Positions 40,840 through 51,802 of a stretch of DNA of 64,000 bases are shown here, one piece after another (position 1 is the stretch's first letter; each line of letters begins with the position of its first letter). The notes beneath the pieces were generated by a model. That model saw nothing but the letters and a program-made list of their open reading frames with translations. It was not told the origin of the DNA and did not search any database. The translations under genes and the position numbers were made by a program. Origin of the DNA: Vulcanimicrobiota bacterium. GTDB taxonomy: Bacteria > Vulcanimicrobiota > Vulcanimicrobiia > Vulcanimicrobiales > Vulcanimicrobiaceae. The stretch lies in the NCBI GenBank assembly GCA_963795855.1, contig CAWCIZ010000002.1:32001-96000 (forward strand), in the 5' to 3' direction.

Positions 40840-42407
40840 TTACTCACTTTACGCGATATGGACTTGGCCTGAAGGAACAGCAGCAGGTAGTCCCGCCCGC
40901 CGGCTTTGCTGTCCGTCCCCGACATGTTGAATCCGCCGAACGGATTGCCGCCGACGAGCGCTCCGGTGCATTTGCGGTTGAGGTAGAGATTTCCGACGTA
41001 GAACTCATTTTTTGCGCGTTCGATCTTCGCCTCGTCCGTCGTATACACCGCACCGGTCAAGCCGAACTCCGTGTTGTTCGCGATCTCCAGCGCATGGTCG
41101 TAATCGCGCGCCTTGATCACGGCAAGAACCGGCCCGAAGATCTCCTCCTGCGCGATGACGCCGTCGGGAGCAACGTCGGCGATGACGGTCGGCTCCAGAA
41201 AATAGCCGTTCTCGCCCACGCGGTTGCCGCCGGCAAGCAGACGTCCTTCTTTCTTGCCGGTTTCGATGTATTTCTGAATCGACGTCAGCGCGCGTTCGTT
41301 GACGACGGGTCCCATGTAGGTCGTTTTGTCGCTCGGATCGCCGACCGTAATTTTTGCGACGCGCTGTTTCAGCTTCTCGAGGAACTCGTCGTAAATCTTC
41401 GCGTCGACGATCGCTCGCGAGCACGCCGAACATTTCTGACCCTGAAAGCCGAAAGCAGAAACCGCGACGCCTTCGACCGCGGAATCCACGTCGGCGTCGG
41501 CTGCAACGATGATGGAATCTTTGCCGCCCATTTCCGCGACGACGCGCTTGATCCACTTCTGTCCTGCGTGCGTCTTCGCGGCGCGCTCGTTGACGCGCAA
41601 CCCGACTTCCTTGGAGCCGGTGAACGAGATGAAACGCGTGAGCGGGTGATCGACGATCGCATCGCCGATGACGCTGCCGCTGCCCGGGATGAAATTCACG
41701 ACGCCGCTCGGCACGCCGACTTCGTGCAGCAAATCGATGAACCACGCGGCTATCACCGCCGAATCGCTCGACGGCTTGAGCACGACGGTGTTGCCCGTAA
41801 CGAGCGCCGCGGACGTCATTCCCGCCATGATTGCGAACGCGAAGTTCCACGGCGGAATGACGACGCCCACGCCGAGCGGAATGTAGCGCAGTTCGTTTTC
41901 TTCTCCCGGAATCGGCGTTACCGGATGTTGCCCGGCGTACCGCAGCGCCTCCCGTGCGTAGAACTCCAGAAAATCGATCGCTTCGGCGGTGTCGGCATCT
42001 GCTTCGACCCAGCTCTTTCCGACTTCGTACACCATTACGGCATTGTAGTGATAGCGCCGCTGCCGCACGAGTTCGGCGGCTTTGAACAGTACGTTCGCGC
42101 GCTCGTCGGCGGTCGTATTCTTCCACGTCTGAAAGCGTTCGTGCGCGATTTCTATGGCTCGATTCGCCTGTTCGAGGGATGCGGACGAAACGTCGCCGAC
42201 GACGTCGCTCGGGTTGGAGGGATTCAATGACGGAATCGTCTTGTCGGTCAAGATCCGCTCGCCGTCGATCAGGAGCGGATATTTCTTGCCGAATCCCGCC
42301 TTGACCGATGCCAGGGCTGCCTGCATGGCGGCCACGTCGGCTGGATCCGTGTAGAGTTTTATGGGCTCGTTCGAAAACGGCGCGATGCGTTCGGCGGTCG
42401 TGCTCAA
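40840..42407 (-). CDS. pruA: 1-pyrroline-5-carboxylate dehydrogenase (3' end approximate; track ORF runs on into the kinase)
   Basis: FSNEP, IPPWNF, FTGSKEVG, AEMGGK, GFQGQKCSAC, EEIFGP, GTDSKAGG. Confidence 0.92.
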
Positions 42408-42508
42408 GTCGGATTCTCTCCTCGCGTAGTGGTCATCTCATTCAACCACAAGAGGGTTCCCCGCAGTTACGACCTTCTTCCTAGGCCGGTGCGGTTTCGT
42501 GCAGGTCC

Positions 42509-43310
42509 CTACGCCGAAGCCGCTTTTTTCAGGGCCTTGCAGAATTGCCGGGCGCGCCGCGCGGCTTCTTCACCCTGCGACCCGGCATACGCCTCGATGA
42601 GCGCGCTTCCCACGATGACGCCGTCGACGATGGCGCGGATTTCGCGGACGTGCTCCGGCTTGCTTATGCCGAAGCCGACGGCGAGCGGTTTTTCGGTTAC
42701 GGCGCGCAGCGTTTCCAGCTCGAGCGCGCAGTGGCGAAAAGTCGGGCGCGGATCCGGCGCCGGTTACGCCAAGGCGCGATACGACATAGACGAATCCCGT
42801 CGCGGCGCCGGCAATGCGCGCGGCTCGCTCGCGGCCGGTCGAGGGTGCGACGAGAAGCGGCATGCACAAGCCGTGCCGGAGCAGTGCTTCGCGCAACGCC
42901 TCGCCTTCCTCCAACGCCACGTCAGGAACGATCGCGCCTGCGGCGCCCGCCTTTGCGGCGTCGTCTGCGAATTGCTCGATCCCGTACTGGTACACCGGAT
43001 TGAAATACGTGAACAGCAAGATAGGAGGCGCGCCGCGCGCGGTCGCGTTTCGAACGAGCTCGAGCACCTGCGCGATACTCACGCCGCTTTGCAGCGCGCG
43101 AGTACCGGCCGCCGCGATCGTCGGACCGTCCGCAAGCGGATCGCCGTAAGGAATGCCGAGTTCGATCGCGTCGGCGCCGGCCTCGCTTATCGCTTCGAGC
43201 ATCAGCGCGCTGGTTTGCAGATCGGGATCGCCGGCCATTACGTATGGAATGAGCGCACATGTACCGGCGCGGAAGATTCGTTCCAGGTCGTGTCGGCCTT
43301 GCGCGTTCAG
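42509..43310 (-). CDS. trpA: Tryptophan synthase alpha (one frameshift near 42720; apparent CTG start)
   Basis: [54 protein letters not shown]. Confidence 0.9.
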
Positions 43311-44485
43311 GGCGAGAGCTCGCGGACTTGCGCGATGTCTTTGTCGCCGCGGCCGCTGAGATTGACCAGAATGAGATCGTTCGAGTCACGCCGTTCCGCA
43401 AGTTTGCGTGCGAACGCGATGGCATGCGCGCTTTCAAGCGCGGGAATGATGCCTTCGGTGCGTGAGAATTCGAAGAACGCGTCGAGCGCTTCGCGATCGG
43501 TGATCGGAACGTAACTGGCGCGTCCCGAAGCTTTGAGGTACGCGTGCTCCGGCCCGACTCCCGGATAATCCAAACCGGCGCTGATCGAGTGCGTTTCCGC
43601 AACTTGGCCGGAATGCGTTTGCAGCAGGTAGGAACGCGAGCCGTGAAGCACGCCGACACTTCCCGCGGTGATTGCGGCGGCGGTACGACCGCTTTCCAAA
43701 CCTTCTCCCGCCGCTTCGACGCCCCAAAGGCGAACGTCGGGGTCGTCGACGAAGCCGGAAAAAATTCCCATGGCATTACTGCCGCCGCCGACGCACGCAA
43801 CGACGTCGGAGGGCAGGCGCCCGAATTGCTCCAGACATTGGCGCCGGGCTTCTATGCCGATGACCTTTTGAAACTCCCGAACCATATATGGGTACGGATG
43901 CGCGCCGACCACGCTTCCAATCACGTAAAACGTATCGTCGACACGCGCCGACCACTGCCGGAATGCTTCGTTCGTCGCGTCTTTCAACGTCTGCGTACCG
44001 CCCGTCACGGAGTGCACCGTCGCGCCGAGCAAGTTCATGATGTACACGTTCAGCGCTTGGCGTTCGACGTCGCGCGCGCCCATGTACACCTCGACGGGAA
44101 AGCCGAAGCGCGCGCCGACCGTTGCCGTTGCAACGCCGTGCTGACCCGCGCCAGTTTCCGCGATGAGGCGTTTCTTCCCCATGCGCCGTGCGAGCAGCGC
44201 TTGGCCGACTGTGTTGTTGATTTTATGCGCGCCGGTATGATTCAGATCTTCGCGTTTGAGCGCAAGCGTCGCTTTGGAAATGCCTGCTGCGTACCGGTGT
44301 GCATGATAAACGGGCGAAGGCCGTCCGACGAATTCGCGCAGCACTGAGTCGTACTCGTTCCAAAACGCCTGGAGCTTGAAGGCGCTTTCGATCTCACGCT
44401 CGAGTTCCGAAAGCGCCGAAACGAGCACCTCGGGAACGAAGCGGCCGCCGAATTCTCCGAAATAACCGCGCGAATCAGGCTGCAT
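43307..44485 (-). CDS. trpB: Tryptophan synthase beta
   Basis: [48 protein letters not shown]. Confidence 0.98.
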   Translation of the reverse strand: MQPDSRGYFGEFGGRFVPEVLVSALSELEREIESAFKLQAFWNEYDSVLREFVGRPSPVYHAHRYAAGISKATLALKREDLNHTGAHKINNTVGQALLARRMGKKRLIAETGAGQHGVATATVGARFGFPVEVYMGARDVERQALNVYIMNLLGATVHSVTGGTQTLKDATNEAFRQWSARVDDTFYVIGSVVGAHPYPYMVREFQKVIGIEARRQCLEQFGRLPSDVVACVGGGSNAMGIFSGFVDDPDVRLWGVEAAGEGLESGRTAAAITAGSVGVLHGSRSYLLQTHSGQVAETHSISAGLDYPGVGPEHAYLKASGRASYVPITDREALDAFFEFSRTEGIIPALESAHAIAFARKLAERRDSNDLILVNLSGRGDKDIAQVRELSP

Positions 44486-45107
44486 CGCTGTCCTTGACGG
44501 CCTGAACGAACGCGCGCATTTTCGCGAGATCCTTTCGGCCCTCGGTCTCCACGCCGGTGCGAACGTCCACGCCGAACGGGCGCACCGCGCGCACGCAGTT
44601 CGCTACGTTTTCCGGTGTGAGGCCGCCGCCGACGATGACCTGCCGCTCGCGCGCAAGCGGCGCGATGGTGCGCCAGGGGAAGGTTACGCCGGTACCTCCG
44701 CGCTGGCCGTTCACGGTCGTGTCGAACAAAAGGATAGCCCGCGGATGCCGGTTGCCGGCGCGTTCTACAGCGCCTGCGTCGGCCTCGTCGTGAGGGACGT
44801 GAATCGTTTTGATGATTTTGCCGTCGAGCGATGAGACGAACGTCGGAGATTCCTCTCCGTGAAGTTGAACCACGAGATCGGGAAAGATGTCCCGCGCGCG
44901 CGCGACGTCGTCACGGCTCGGGTCGACGAACACGCCCACGGGCGTTATGAACGGCGGCAGATGCTCGGCGATGTGCTTCGCGGCACTCGCCGTGATTCGG
45001 CGCGGAGACGGTGCGAAGATCATGCCGATCGCATCCGCTCCCGTGTCGACCGCCATCATCACTTCGTGGAGATCGGTGCAGCCGCAAAACTTGATGCGCG
45101 TTCTCAA
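44475..45107 (-). CDS. trpF: Phosphoribosylanthranilate isomerase
   Basis: [36 protein letters not shown]. Confidence 0.95.
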   Translation of the reverse strand: MRTRIKFCGCTDLHEVMMAVDTGADAIGMIFAPSPRRITASAAKHIAEHLPPFITPVGVFVDPSRDDVARARDIFPDLVVQLHGEESPTFVSSLDGKIIKTIHVPHDEADAGAVERAGNRHPRAILLFDTTVNGQRGGTGVTFPWRTIAPLARERQVIVGGGLTPENVANCVRAVRPFGVDVRTGVETEGRKDLAKMRAFVQAVKDSDAA

Positions 45108-45910
45108 TGGAAGGCCGGTGCGTGTACTGCCGCTTTCAGCGCGTGGATGAGCGTTCCGGGCTGCTCCGCGCGCATCAGTGCTTCGCCTACCAAAAATCCG
45201 CGTGCGCCGGCTGCGTGAAGCCGGAGGATGTCTTCCGGGCCTTGCATCCCGCTCTCACTAATCGCGGTGACTTCCGGCGGAACTCGCGGCAGCAGATATT
45301 CGCTCACGGAAAGATCCGTTTCGAAGGTCCGCAGATTGCGATTATTGATTCCGACGAGCGTGGCGCCAAGCGCCAGCGCCCGCGTGAGTTCCGCGGCATC
45401 GTGGACTTCCACCAGCACATCGAGATCGTATTTCGCAGCCTCGCCGATGCAATCGCGAAGTTCGGCGTCGGAAAGGCCCGCAACGATCAGCAAAACCGCG
45501 TCGGCCCCATAGGCAGCCGACTGCGCCATCTGATACGGCGTGTTCAGGAAATCTTTGCGCAAAACCGGACGCGACGCGTTCTTTCGAGCGACGTCGAGAA
45601 ACTCGAGTTCGCCAAGGAAATGGTCCGCCTCGGTCAGGACGCTTATGCAGTCCACGCCGGCTGAATCGTACGTGCGCGCCACGAGCGCGGGATCGAAGTT
45701 TCGAGCTATGAGCCCGGCGGAAGGCGATGCGCGTTTGATCTCGCCGACGATCGCCGGACCCTCGGCGCGCCGGATAGCCTCAAGGAACCGACGCCGCTCG
45801 CGCCTGCGCGCGAGCGCGTGAGCGCGGACTACGTCATACGGCTCACGCAACTCTTCCTGAGCGCGCGCCGCGAGCTTTGCATCGTAAATGCGATGAAGAA
45901 TGTCAACCAT
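45104..45910 (-). CDS. trpC: Indole-3-glycerol phosphate synthase
   Basis: EIKRASPS, ISVLTE, LRKDF, GINNRNL, ISESG. Confidence 0.96.
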   Translation of the reverse strand: MVDILHRIYDAKLAARAQEELREPYDVVRAHALARRRERRRFLEAIRRAEGPAIVGEIKRASPSAGLIARNFDPALVARTYDSAGVDCISVLTEADHFLGELEFLDVARKNASRPVLRKDFLNTPYQMAQSAAYGADAVLLIVAGLSDAELRDCIGEAAKYDLDVLVEVHDAAELTRALALGATLVGINNRNLRTFETDLSVSEYLLPRVPPEVTAISESGMQGPEDILRLHAAGARGFLVGEALMRAEQPGTLIHALKAAVHAPAFH

Positions 45911-46913
45911 GCGAGAACTGCTTTGCGCGCTCGAAGACCGCCGCCGCGCGGCCCTCTTTCAAGAGCGTGCGAGCCAGTTCGATACCCTCCTTCAGACCGC
46001 GTGTGCGTTTGCACACCGTGAACACCAACCCGGCATTGAGCGCGACGACGTCGGCGCTCGGCGATTCTTCACCGGACAGAATACGTTCGAAAGCGGTTCG
46101 GCAAGCTTCGACGGAACCGCCGCGGATTTGCTCGAGCGGCACTCGGATGCCGTAGGCCTCCGGTTCCAGGGTCCAGCGTCTACTCTCGCCCTCGTCGAAC
46201 GTGTACACGGTGGTCGGCCCTTCGCCGCCGACCTCGTCGATACCGCTGGACGCGTGGACCACTGCTGCGGCTCGCACGCCGAGTCCCATCAGCACATCGC
46301 CCATCATTTCAAGCAGCTCCGGCCGGGCAACGCCCACCACTTGATGCGTCGCACGCGCGGGATTGGTTAGTGGGCCGAGCACGTTGAAGATCGTACGCAC
46401 GCCGAGCTCCCGGCGCACGGGACCGACAGTTTTCATGGCGGGGTGATAGCGCGGCGCGAACATGAACGTGAATCCCGTATCCGCGAGCATACGGGCGGCG
46501 CGATCCGGATCGACGTCGATCGCCATGCCTTCGGCTTCGAGCACGTCGGCGCTGCCGCAAGCACTGGACGCTGCGCGATTCCCGTGTTTGGCAACCGGCG
46601 TACCGGAAGCAGCGACGACCAGAGCGGCAATCGTGGAGATGTTTATGGTGTTTGCGCCGTCGCCGCCCGTTCCGACGACGTCCACGACCATCGGCAAGGC
46701 GTGTTCCACATGCAGGCTGCGCTCGCGCATCGCGCGAGCCGCACCGATCACTTCCTCGGTCTTTTCGCCGCTCACCGCGAGCGCAGTGAGCAGTCCTGCG
46801 GACTGCACCGCCGTAAAAGAACCGTCCATGATCGCACCGATCATGGACGCAGCTTCCTGTTGCGTGAGATGTTCGCCGGCGATCAACCGGCGAAGCAAAG
46901 GGGCGTACTCCAT
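45903..46913 (-). CDS. trpD: Anthranilate phosphoribosyltransferase
   Basis: VGTGGDG, NIST, KHGNR, GSADVLE, RTIFNVLGPLTNP. Confidence 0.97.
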   Translation of the reverse strand: MEYAPLLRRLIAGEHLTQQEAASMIGAIMDGSFTAVQSAGLLTALAVSGEKTEEVIGAARAMRERSLHVEHALPMVVDVVGTGGDGANTINISTIAALVVAASGTPVAKHGNRAASSACGSADVLEAEGMAIDVDPDRAARMLADTGFTFMFAPRYHPAMKTVGPVRRELGVRTIFNVLGPLTNPARATHQVVGVARPELLEMMGDVLMGLGVRAAAVVHASSGIDEVGGEGPTTVYTFDEGESRRWTLEPEAYGIRVPLEQIRGGSVEACRTAFERILSGEESPSADVVALNAGLVFTVCKRTRGLKEGIELARTLLKEGRAAAVFERAKQFSHG

Positions 46914-46941
46914 TACGAAGTACGCCCCTAAGCTGCGCTCA

Positions 46942-47295
46942 TTATCGAACGAGCTCGAGCAGCGAGAGTTCGGCGGCGTCGCCCGAACGAACGCGCGTCT
47001 TCGTGATGCGCGTATAACCGCCGGTGCGCTCCTTGAGCGCGGGAGCGATTTGCTCGACGAGTTTCTTCACCACGGCGGGCTCGGTGATGTACTCGGCAAT
47101 CAGGCGGCGGGAATGCAGATCGCCGCGAGACGCCTGCGTGATGAGGCGCTCCACGACGCGGCTAACTTCCTTGGCTTTCGTCGACGTCGTTTCGATTTTC
47201 TCGTGTTTGAAAAACGAGGTCGCCAAATTGCGCAGCAGCGCTTTCCGGTGTCCGTCGGTTCGCGAGAGTCTCTTATAGGCGATTTGATGCGGCAT
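46942..47295 (-). CDS. rplQ: 50S ribosomal protein L17
   Basis: HRKALLRNL, IETT, RTGGYTRI. Confidence 0.97.
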   Translation of the reverse strand: MPHQIAYKRLSRTDGHRKALLRNLATSFFKHEKIETTSTKAKEVSRVVERLITQASRGDLHSRRLIAEYITEPAVVKKLVEQIAPALKERTGGYTRITKTRVRSGDAAELSLLELVR

Positions 47296-47310
47296 TTGTT
47301 TTCCTTTTTA

Positions 47311-47784
47311 AAGGCGCTCCGGCCTAGCCTGCGCGCCCCCCGCTCAGCGGGGCCCCCAAAATACGGCGCGCATAAACTTGCTACTAACGTGCACCCTCCC
47401 CGAGGGCGCGCCCGATTTTTATTTCTTTATTTCAAGGCGCTCCGGCCTAGCCTGCGCGCCCCCCGCTCAGCGGGGCCCCCAAAATACGGCGCGCATAAAC
47501 TTGCTACTAACGTGCACCCTCCCCGAGGGCGCGCCCGATTTTTATTTCTTTATTTCAAGGCGCTCCGGCCTAGCCTGCGCGCCCCCCGCTCAGCGGGGCC
47601 CCCAAAATACGGCGCGCATAAACTTGCTACTAACGTGCACCCTCCCCGAGGGCGCGCCCGATTTTATGTCTTTATTTCAAGGCGCTCCGGCCTAGCCTGC
47701 GCGCCCCCCGCTCAGCGGGGCCCCCAAAATACGGCGCGCATAAACTTGCTACTAACGTGCACCCTCCCCGAGGGCGCGCCCGAT
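47311..47784. repeat. Tandem array of 4 identical ~106-bp palindromic units (period 123/123/122)
   Basis: Units start at 47311, 47434, 47557, 47679 and are joined by near-identical AT-rich 16-17 nt linkers. Confidence 0.97.
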
Positions 47785-48710
47785 CAGGATTGGCGCAACG
47801 AGAGCCCGCGCTCTTCCAGCACTTGCTTGATCTCGTCCAGCGACTTCTTGCCGAAGTTGCGCATCTTGATGATTTCGTCTTCGCTCATGTCGAGCAGTTC
47901 CGAAACCTTCGAAATTCCCGCGCGTTTGAGGCAGTTGAACGAACGCACCGAGAGGTTGAGCGTTTCGACCGGGATGTCCCATTCGCTGGTCGGAGCGGCC
48001 GGGAGCGGCTTCTCCTCATTCGTGAAATTGACGAACAGATCGAGCTGGTCTTGCATGATCGTCGCCGCGGTCGAGAGCGCTTCGTCCGGCGTCACCGAAC
48101 CATTCGTCTCGATCTCGATCGTCAGACGATCGAAGTCGACGTTCTGCCCGACGCGCGTATCGTCGACCGTGAAATTGACCTTGCGGATGGGCGAAAAGAT
48201 CGAATCCAGCGGAATGAGCCCGATCATGTGCTCGACGTTGCGCTGACGGTCGGCCGTAACGTAACCGCGGCCTTTTTCGATGCCCACTTCCATCGACAGT
48301 TTGGCCGTCTTGGCGGAAAGCGTCGCGATGTGATAGTTCGGATCGAGAATTTCCACGTCGGCATCCGGCGCGAAATCGGCGGCCGTGACGTCTTTCGTGC
48401 CGCCGACGCTCAGCATTAGGACTTTCGGTTCGTCGGTGTTCAGTTTCACCGGCAAGCCCTTGAGGTTGAGCATCAGGGCGATCGTGTCTTCAACGATGCC
48501 CGGAATGGTCGAGAACTCGTGCAGCACGCCGTCGATCTTCATATACGTGACGGCTGCGCCCGGAATCGAACTCAGCAGTATGCGGCGCAGCGCGTTGCCG
48601 AGCGTGATGCCGAAGCCGCGCTCGAGCGGCTCGACGACGAATTTCGCGGAGTTATCCCGGCGCTCGCGTACTTCGATGTTCGCGCCTTGAGGGGTGTCAA
48701 GAACGGTCAT
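47784..48710 (-). CDS. rpoA: RNA polymerase alpha subunit
   Basis: EPLERGFGITLGNALRRILLSSIPG, LSVRSFNCLKRAGI, NFGKKS. Confidence 0.98.
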   Translation of the reverse strand: MTVLDTPQGANIEVRERRDNSAKFVVEPLERGFGITLGNALRRILLSSIPGAAVTYMKIDGVLHEFSTIPGIVEDTIALMLNLKGLPVKLNTDEPKVLMLSVGGTKDVTAADFAPDADVEILDPNYHIATLSAKTAKLSMEVGIEKGRGYVTADRQRNVEHMIGLIPLDSIFSPIRKVNFTVDDTRVGQNVDFDRLTIEIETNGSVTPDEALSTAATIMQDQLDLFVNFTNEEKPLPAAPTSEWDIPVETLNLSVRSFNCLKRAGISKVSELLDMSEDEIIKMRNFGKKSLDEIKQVLEERGLSLRQS

Positions 48711-48815
48711 GGCTTGTCTTTGGTCCTTTGTGCTCCTTACGTTATCCGCAACGGCCACCGGCCGGTCACGATCGTACGCCTAGGAGCGGCGTGTGGTTTT
48801 GTTTCGCTTTCTCGC

Positions 48816-49473
48816 TTAACGAGAGTAGTATTCGACGATCAGCTGTTCGTCTACAGGCGTGTCGATCTGCTCCCGGCTGGGAAGCTGCACGATCTTCGCG
48901 GATTGATCGCCCTCGTTCCACTCCAGCCATTCGGGTGCGCGGCGGTTTTTCGCGACCTCGAAGTTTGCTTCGAAAACCGGTGACTTCTTACTGCGCTCGC
49001 CGATGCTGACGACGTCCCCGGCTTTGACGATGAACGACGGGATGTTCACCAGTTTGCCGTTGACGCGGAAGTGACGGTGCGTGACCAGCTGACGCGCCTG
49101 CGCGCGGCTGCTCGCCAGATTCAGGCGATAGACGACGTTGTCGAGACGGCGCTCGAGCAGACTGCAGAAACGTCTTGCCGGTTTGGCCCGGAACGCGGGC
49201 CGCTTCACGGAAATAGTTCTCGAACTGCGTTTCGTGCACGCCGTAATAGCGGCGCATCTTCTGCTTTTCGCGCAGCTGGCGGCCGTACTCGGAGATCTTC
49301 TGACGCTGTTTGCCTTGCGTCTTCTGGCCCGGCGCGGTGCCCCGGCGTTCGACGGCGCACTTTTTGCTCAGGCAGCGATCGCCTTTGAGAAACAGTTTGA
49401 TTTTTTCGCCGGTCTTGCTTGCGGCGGTTTCGCGACGGCAGAGACGGCAAACTGGTCCAATATAACGTGACAT
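48816..49473 (-). CDS. rpsD: 30S ribosomal protein S4 (one frameshift near 49160)
   Basis: [43 protein letters not shown]. Confidence 0.95.
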
Positions 49474-49493
49474 GTACTCTCTCTAAACTCCCA

Positions 49494-49889
49494 TCAGACG
49501 CGGCGCCGTTTTGGCGGACGGCAGCCGTTGTGCGGGATGGGCGTTACGTCTTTTATGAGTGTGATTTCCAAACCGGCGGCCTGCAGCGAACGAATAGCGG
49601 CTTCGCGGCCGGCACCCGGCCCTTTGACCAGAACTTCCGTCGACTTCATGCCGTGCTCCATCGCTTTGCGCGCAACCGCTTCCGCGGCCATCTGAGCGGC
49701 GAACGGCGTGGACTTTTTCGAACCTTTGAATCCGAGATTGCCCGCCGATGCCCACGCGATGACGTTGCCGAGGTTGTCCGACATCGTCACGATGGTGTTG
49801 TTGAACGACGCATGAATGTGCGCGACGCCCGATTGAACGTTCTTGAACTCACGCTTTTTGCGCGACTTCACTTGCTTCTTCGCTGCCAA
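49494..49889 (-). CDS. rpsK: 30S ribosomal protein S11
   Basis: [35 protein letters not shown] start with GGAG. Confidence 0.97.
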   Translation of the reverse strand: MAAKKQVKSRKKREFKNVQSGVAHIHASFNNTIVTMSDNLGNVIAWASAGNLGFKGSKKSTPFAAQMAAEAVARKAMEHGMKSTEVLVKGPGAGREAAIRSLQAAGLEITLIKDVTPIPHNGCRPPKRRRV

Positions 49890-50076
49890 GATTGCTCCGG
49901 AACCGTCCCGTCGGGGACGGCGCTGCATGGTTTATCCTGTCCGCTCAACGAGAGCGGTGTCGTCGCCTCGACCCTTGACGGATCTCGTACGGGCCCGCGG
50001 CGAAGGGGCTCCGGCCCCGTGGTGCGGCTAAAGCACCTCGAAGCGCGCCAGGAGAGAGGTCCGGCGCCAAGGGGTT

Positions 50077-50105
50077 ATTTTACAGGGAACCGCGCGCGAG
50101 TGCAA
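50077..50105 (-). promoter_or_regulatory. Sigma70 promoter for rpsK-rpsD-rpoA-rplQ
   Basis: TTGCAC-17 nt-TAAAAT. Confidence 0.7.
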
Positions 50106-50145
50106 GCGCCATAGGCGGGCGCGCCGCCGCAGCAGGCAAGCAACC

Positions 50146-50180
50146 AAAAAGAGACGGCCGCGTCGCCGCAGCCGTCTCTT
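50146..50180 (-). terminator. Intrinsic terminator
   Basis: AAGAGACGGC/GCCGTCTCTT stem followed by a T-run on the minus strand. Confidence 0.8.
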
Positions 50181-50198
50181 CCCTCAAGCGGGTGACCG

Positions 50199-51668
50199 CT
50201 AGAAGTGGATGCCCAGCCCGATGTACGGACCGCTGTGCGTGAAGTCAACGGGGGCGTTGGTCTTGTTGCGGCCGTCGTCGCCCAAATACCCGAAGTCGAG
50301 GAACACGGGTACCGAGCTGCCGCCGAGATTGACCGTTGCGCCGACCTGATATTTCAGGAGGCGATATGCCAGATCGAACGGCCCGGTCGGGCAAACGTCC
50401 GTGCCGCACGTACCGCGCACGCTCGGGTAGTAATACGCGCTGCCGTACAGCGAGAACGTTTGATTGAGATCCGGAAGTTTTTCGAGTCCGAATCCAACGC
50501 CGTTCTGACGCGGATATCCGTAGTTCGTCGTGCGCCAGAGATAACCGACGCCGATGAAAATGTGCGGATCGGCGACCTTCAGGCCGAGACGCGCATCGAC
50601 GTCCGTGTCCTTGGCGGTGAATGCGGGCACGTAGACCTGCCCTTGACCGCCGATTATGGTGACGAGGCACTGCGGATCGATAGGAACGCTGCCGACTGCC
50701 GTTCCGCAATTATGCGGATACTGATACTGCCGGAAATCGCCGGCAATCATCCAAGGCAGGTTGAACAAGTTGAACTCGAACGCACCGCGCGCCGCGAATG
50801 AACCGCTGTTGCCGGTGTTGCCCGGGCTGAACTCATTGTAGACCTTGGGTTTGATGATGTAGTCGCCCGCGATGAATCGATCTTGATACGGCGTTGCGGC
50901 CGGTACGGGCGTCGGTGCCGTTGTCGGCGCAGGTGCAGGTGCCGGCGGCGGAGTGCTCGGCGGCGGAGGCGGCGTCGGCGCAACGTAACGCACGACGACG
51001 ACGCGCTTGTCGGGCACCCATTGCACGTATGCGCCCATGCCTTCGGAGATCACGCGAACCGGAACGAGAATCTGACCTTGATACATCATCGGCGGCACGT
51101 CGAGCGGACGCGTTTCGCCGTTGATCGTAACTTCCGGCCGGCCGACCGTGACTTTTACGTCGGAGCCGGGTTTGGTTACGTCGACCGATTTGCTCGCCGG
51201 ATCGTATGAAACCGTTGCGCCCATTTGTTCGAACATCGAACGCAAAGGCACGAGGATCGTACCGCCGCGCACGAGCGCAGCCAGAACGCGTCCTTGTTTG
51301 AGAACGTCGGGTTTCGAATAGACGTGGTGATCGTTGAAAAGAATTGGAATTTCGCCCGACGGCGGTGAGCCGAATTGCATTGGCGGCACATTTGCCGCGG
51401 GCGGGGTCGTAGTCGTCGGTGCCGGCGAAGCCGCGGGCGCCATTGATGCGCCGGGTGAGGCCGCGGGCGTCGTCGTCGCGCCGGGCGAGGCCATCGGCGT
51501 TGCAGCGGGAGACGCTGCAGCCGACGGCGAGGGTGCCGGCGTGGCTTGCGCAATCACGTTGTGTCCGATGTTTCCACGCGTTGCATGGCTCGACGGAGCT
51601 GCGACCGCGGTGAGTCCCATGCTCGCTACGATCAGCGCGCTTAGAACTCCGGTGCTCAGTCGTTTCAA
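50199..51668 (-). CDS. Secreted copper-amine-oxidase N-terminal (stalk) domain protein with beta-barrel-like C-terminus
   Basis: Signal peptide, Pro/Ala linkers, LVPLRSMFEQMGATVSYD / LVPVRVISEGMGA, terminal YIGLGIHF. Confidence 0.8.
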   Translation of the reverse strand: MKRLSTGVLSALIVASMGLTAVAAPSSHATRGNIGHNVIAQATPAPSPSAAASPAATPMASPGATTTPAASPGASMAPAASPAPTTTTPPAANVPPMQFGSPPSGEIPILFNDHHVYSKPDVLKQGRVLAALVRGGTILVPLRSMFEQMGATVSYDPASKSVDVTKPGSDVKVTVGRPEVTINGETRPLDVPPMMYQGQILVPVRVISEGMGAYVQWVPDKRVVVVRYVAPTPPPPPSTPPPAPAPAPTTAPTPVPAATPYQDRFIAGDYIIKPKVYNEFSPGNTGNSGSFAARGAFEFNLFNLPWMIAGDFRQYQYPHNCGTAVGSVPIDPQCLVTIIGGQGQVYVPAFTAKDTDVDARLGLKVADPHIFIGVGYLWRTTNYGYPRQNGVGFGLEKLPDLNQTFSLYGSAYYYPSVRGTCGTDVCPTGPFDLAYRLLKYQVGATVNLGGSSVPVFLDFGYLGDDGRNKTNAPVDFTHSGPYIGLGIHF

Positions 51669-51802
51669 TGTAGCCTCCCTAATCGTTTGTTTTATGCGGA
51701 GGCCGGCTCAGTCAGCTCTGGCGGCGTGGGCAATCACACCTTCGGCCTCCAAGCTGTTTAAACGAACGAGGGCGAGTTCGAGGTTCCCCCTGCCCGACAG
51801 CC

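Noticed and set aside
40215..42407. PruA-kinase fusion protein (730 aa)
   Set aside because: It lies in an indel-rich region, the linker is not conserved-looking, and the kinase has its own ATG at 40736.
47311..47784. CRISPR array
   Set aside because: Repeats are ~106 bp, linkers are near-identical rather than unique spacers, and no cas genes are in the window.
46462..48246. 594-aa plus-strand ORF with 41-aa repeats
   Set aside because: It is antisense to trpD, rplQ and rpoA; the repeats simply reflect the 123-bp period.
48816..49473. Programmed frameshift or pseudogene in rpsD
   Set aside because: Essential gene, no slippery site, and many similar indels nearby point to sequence error.
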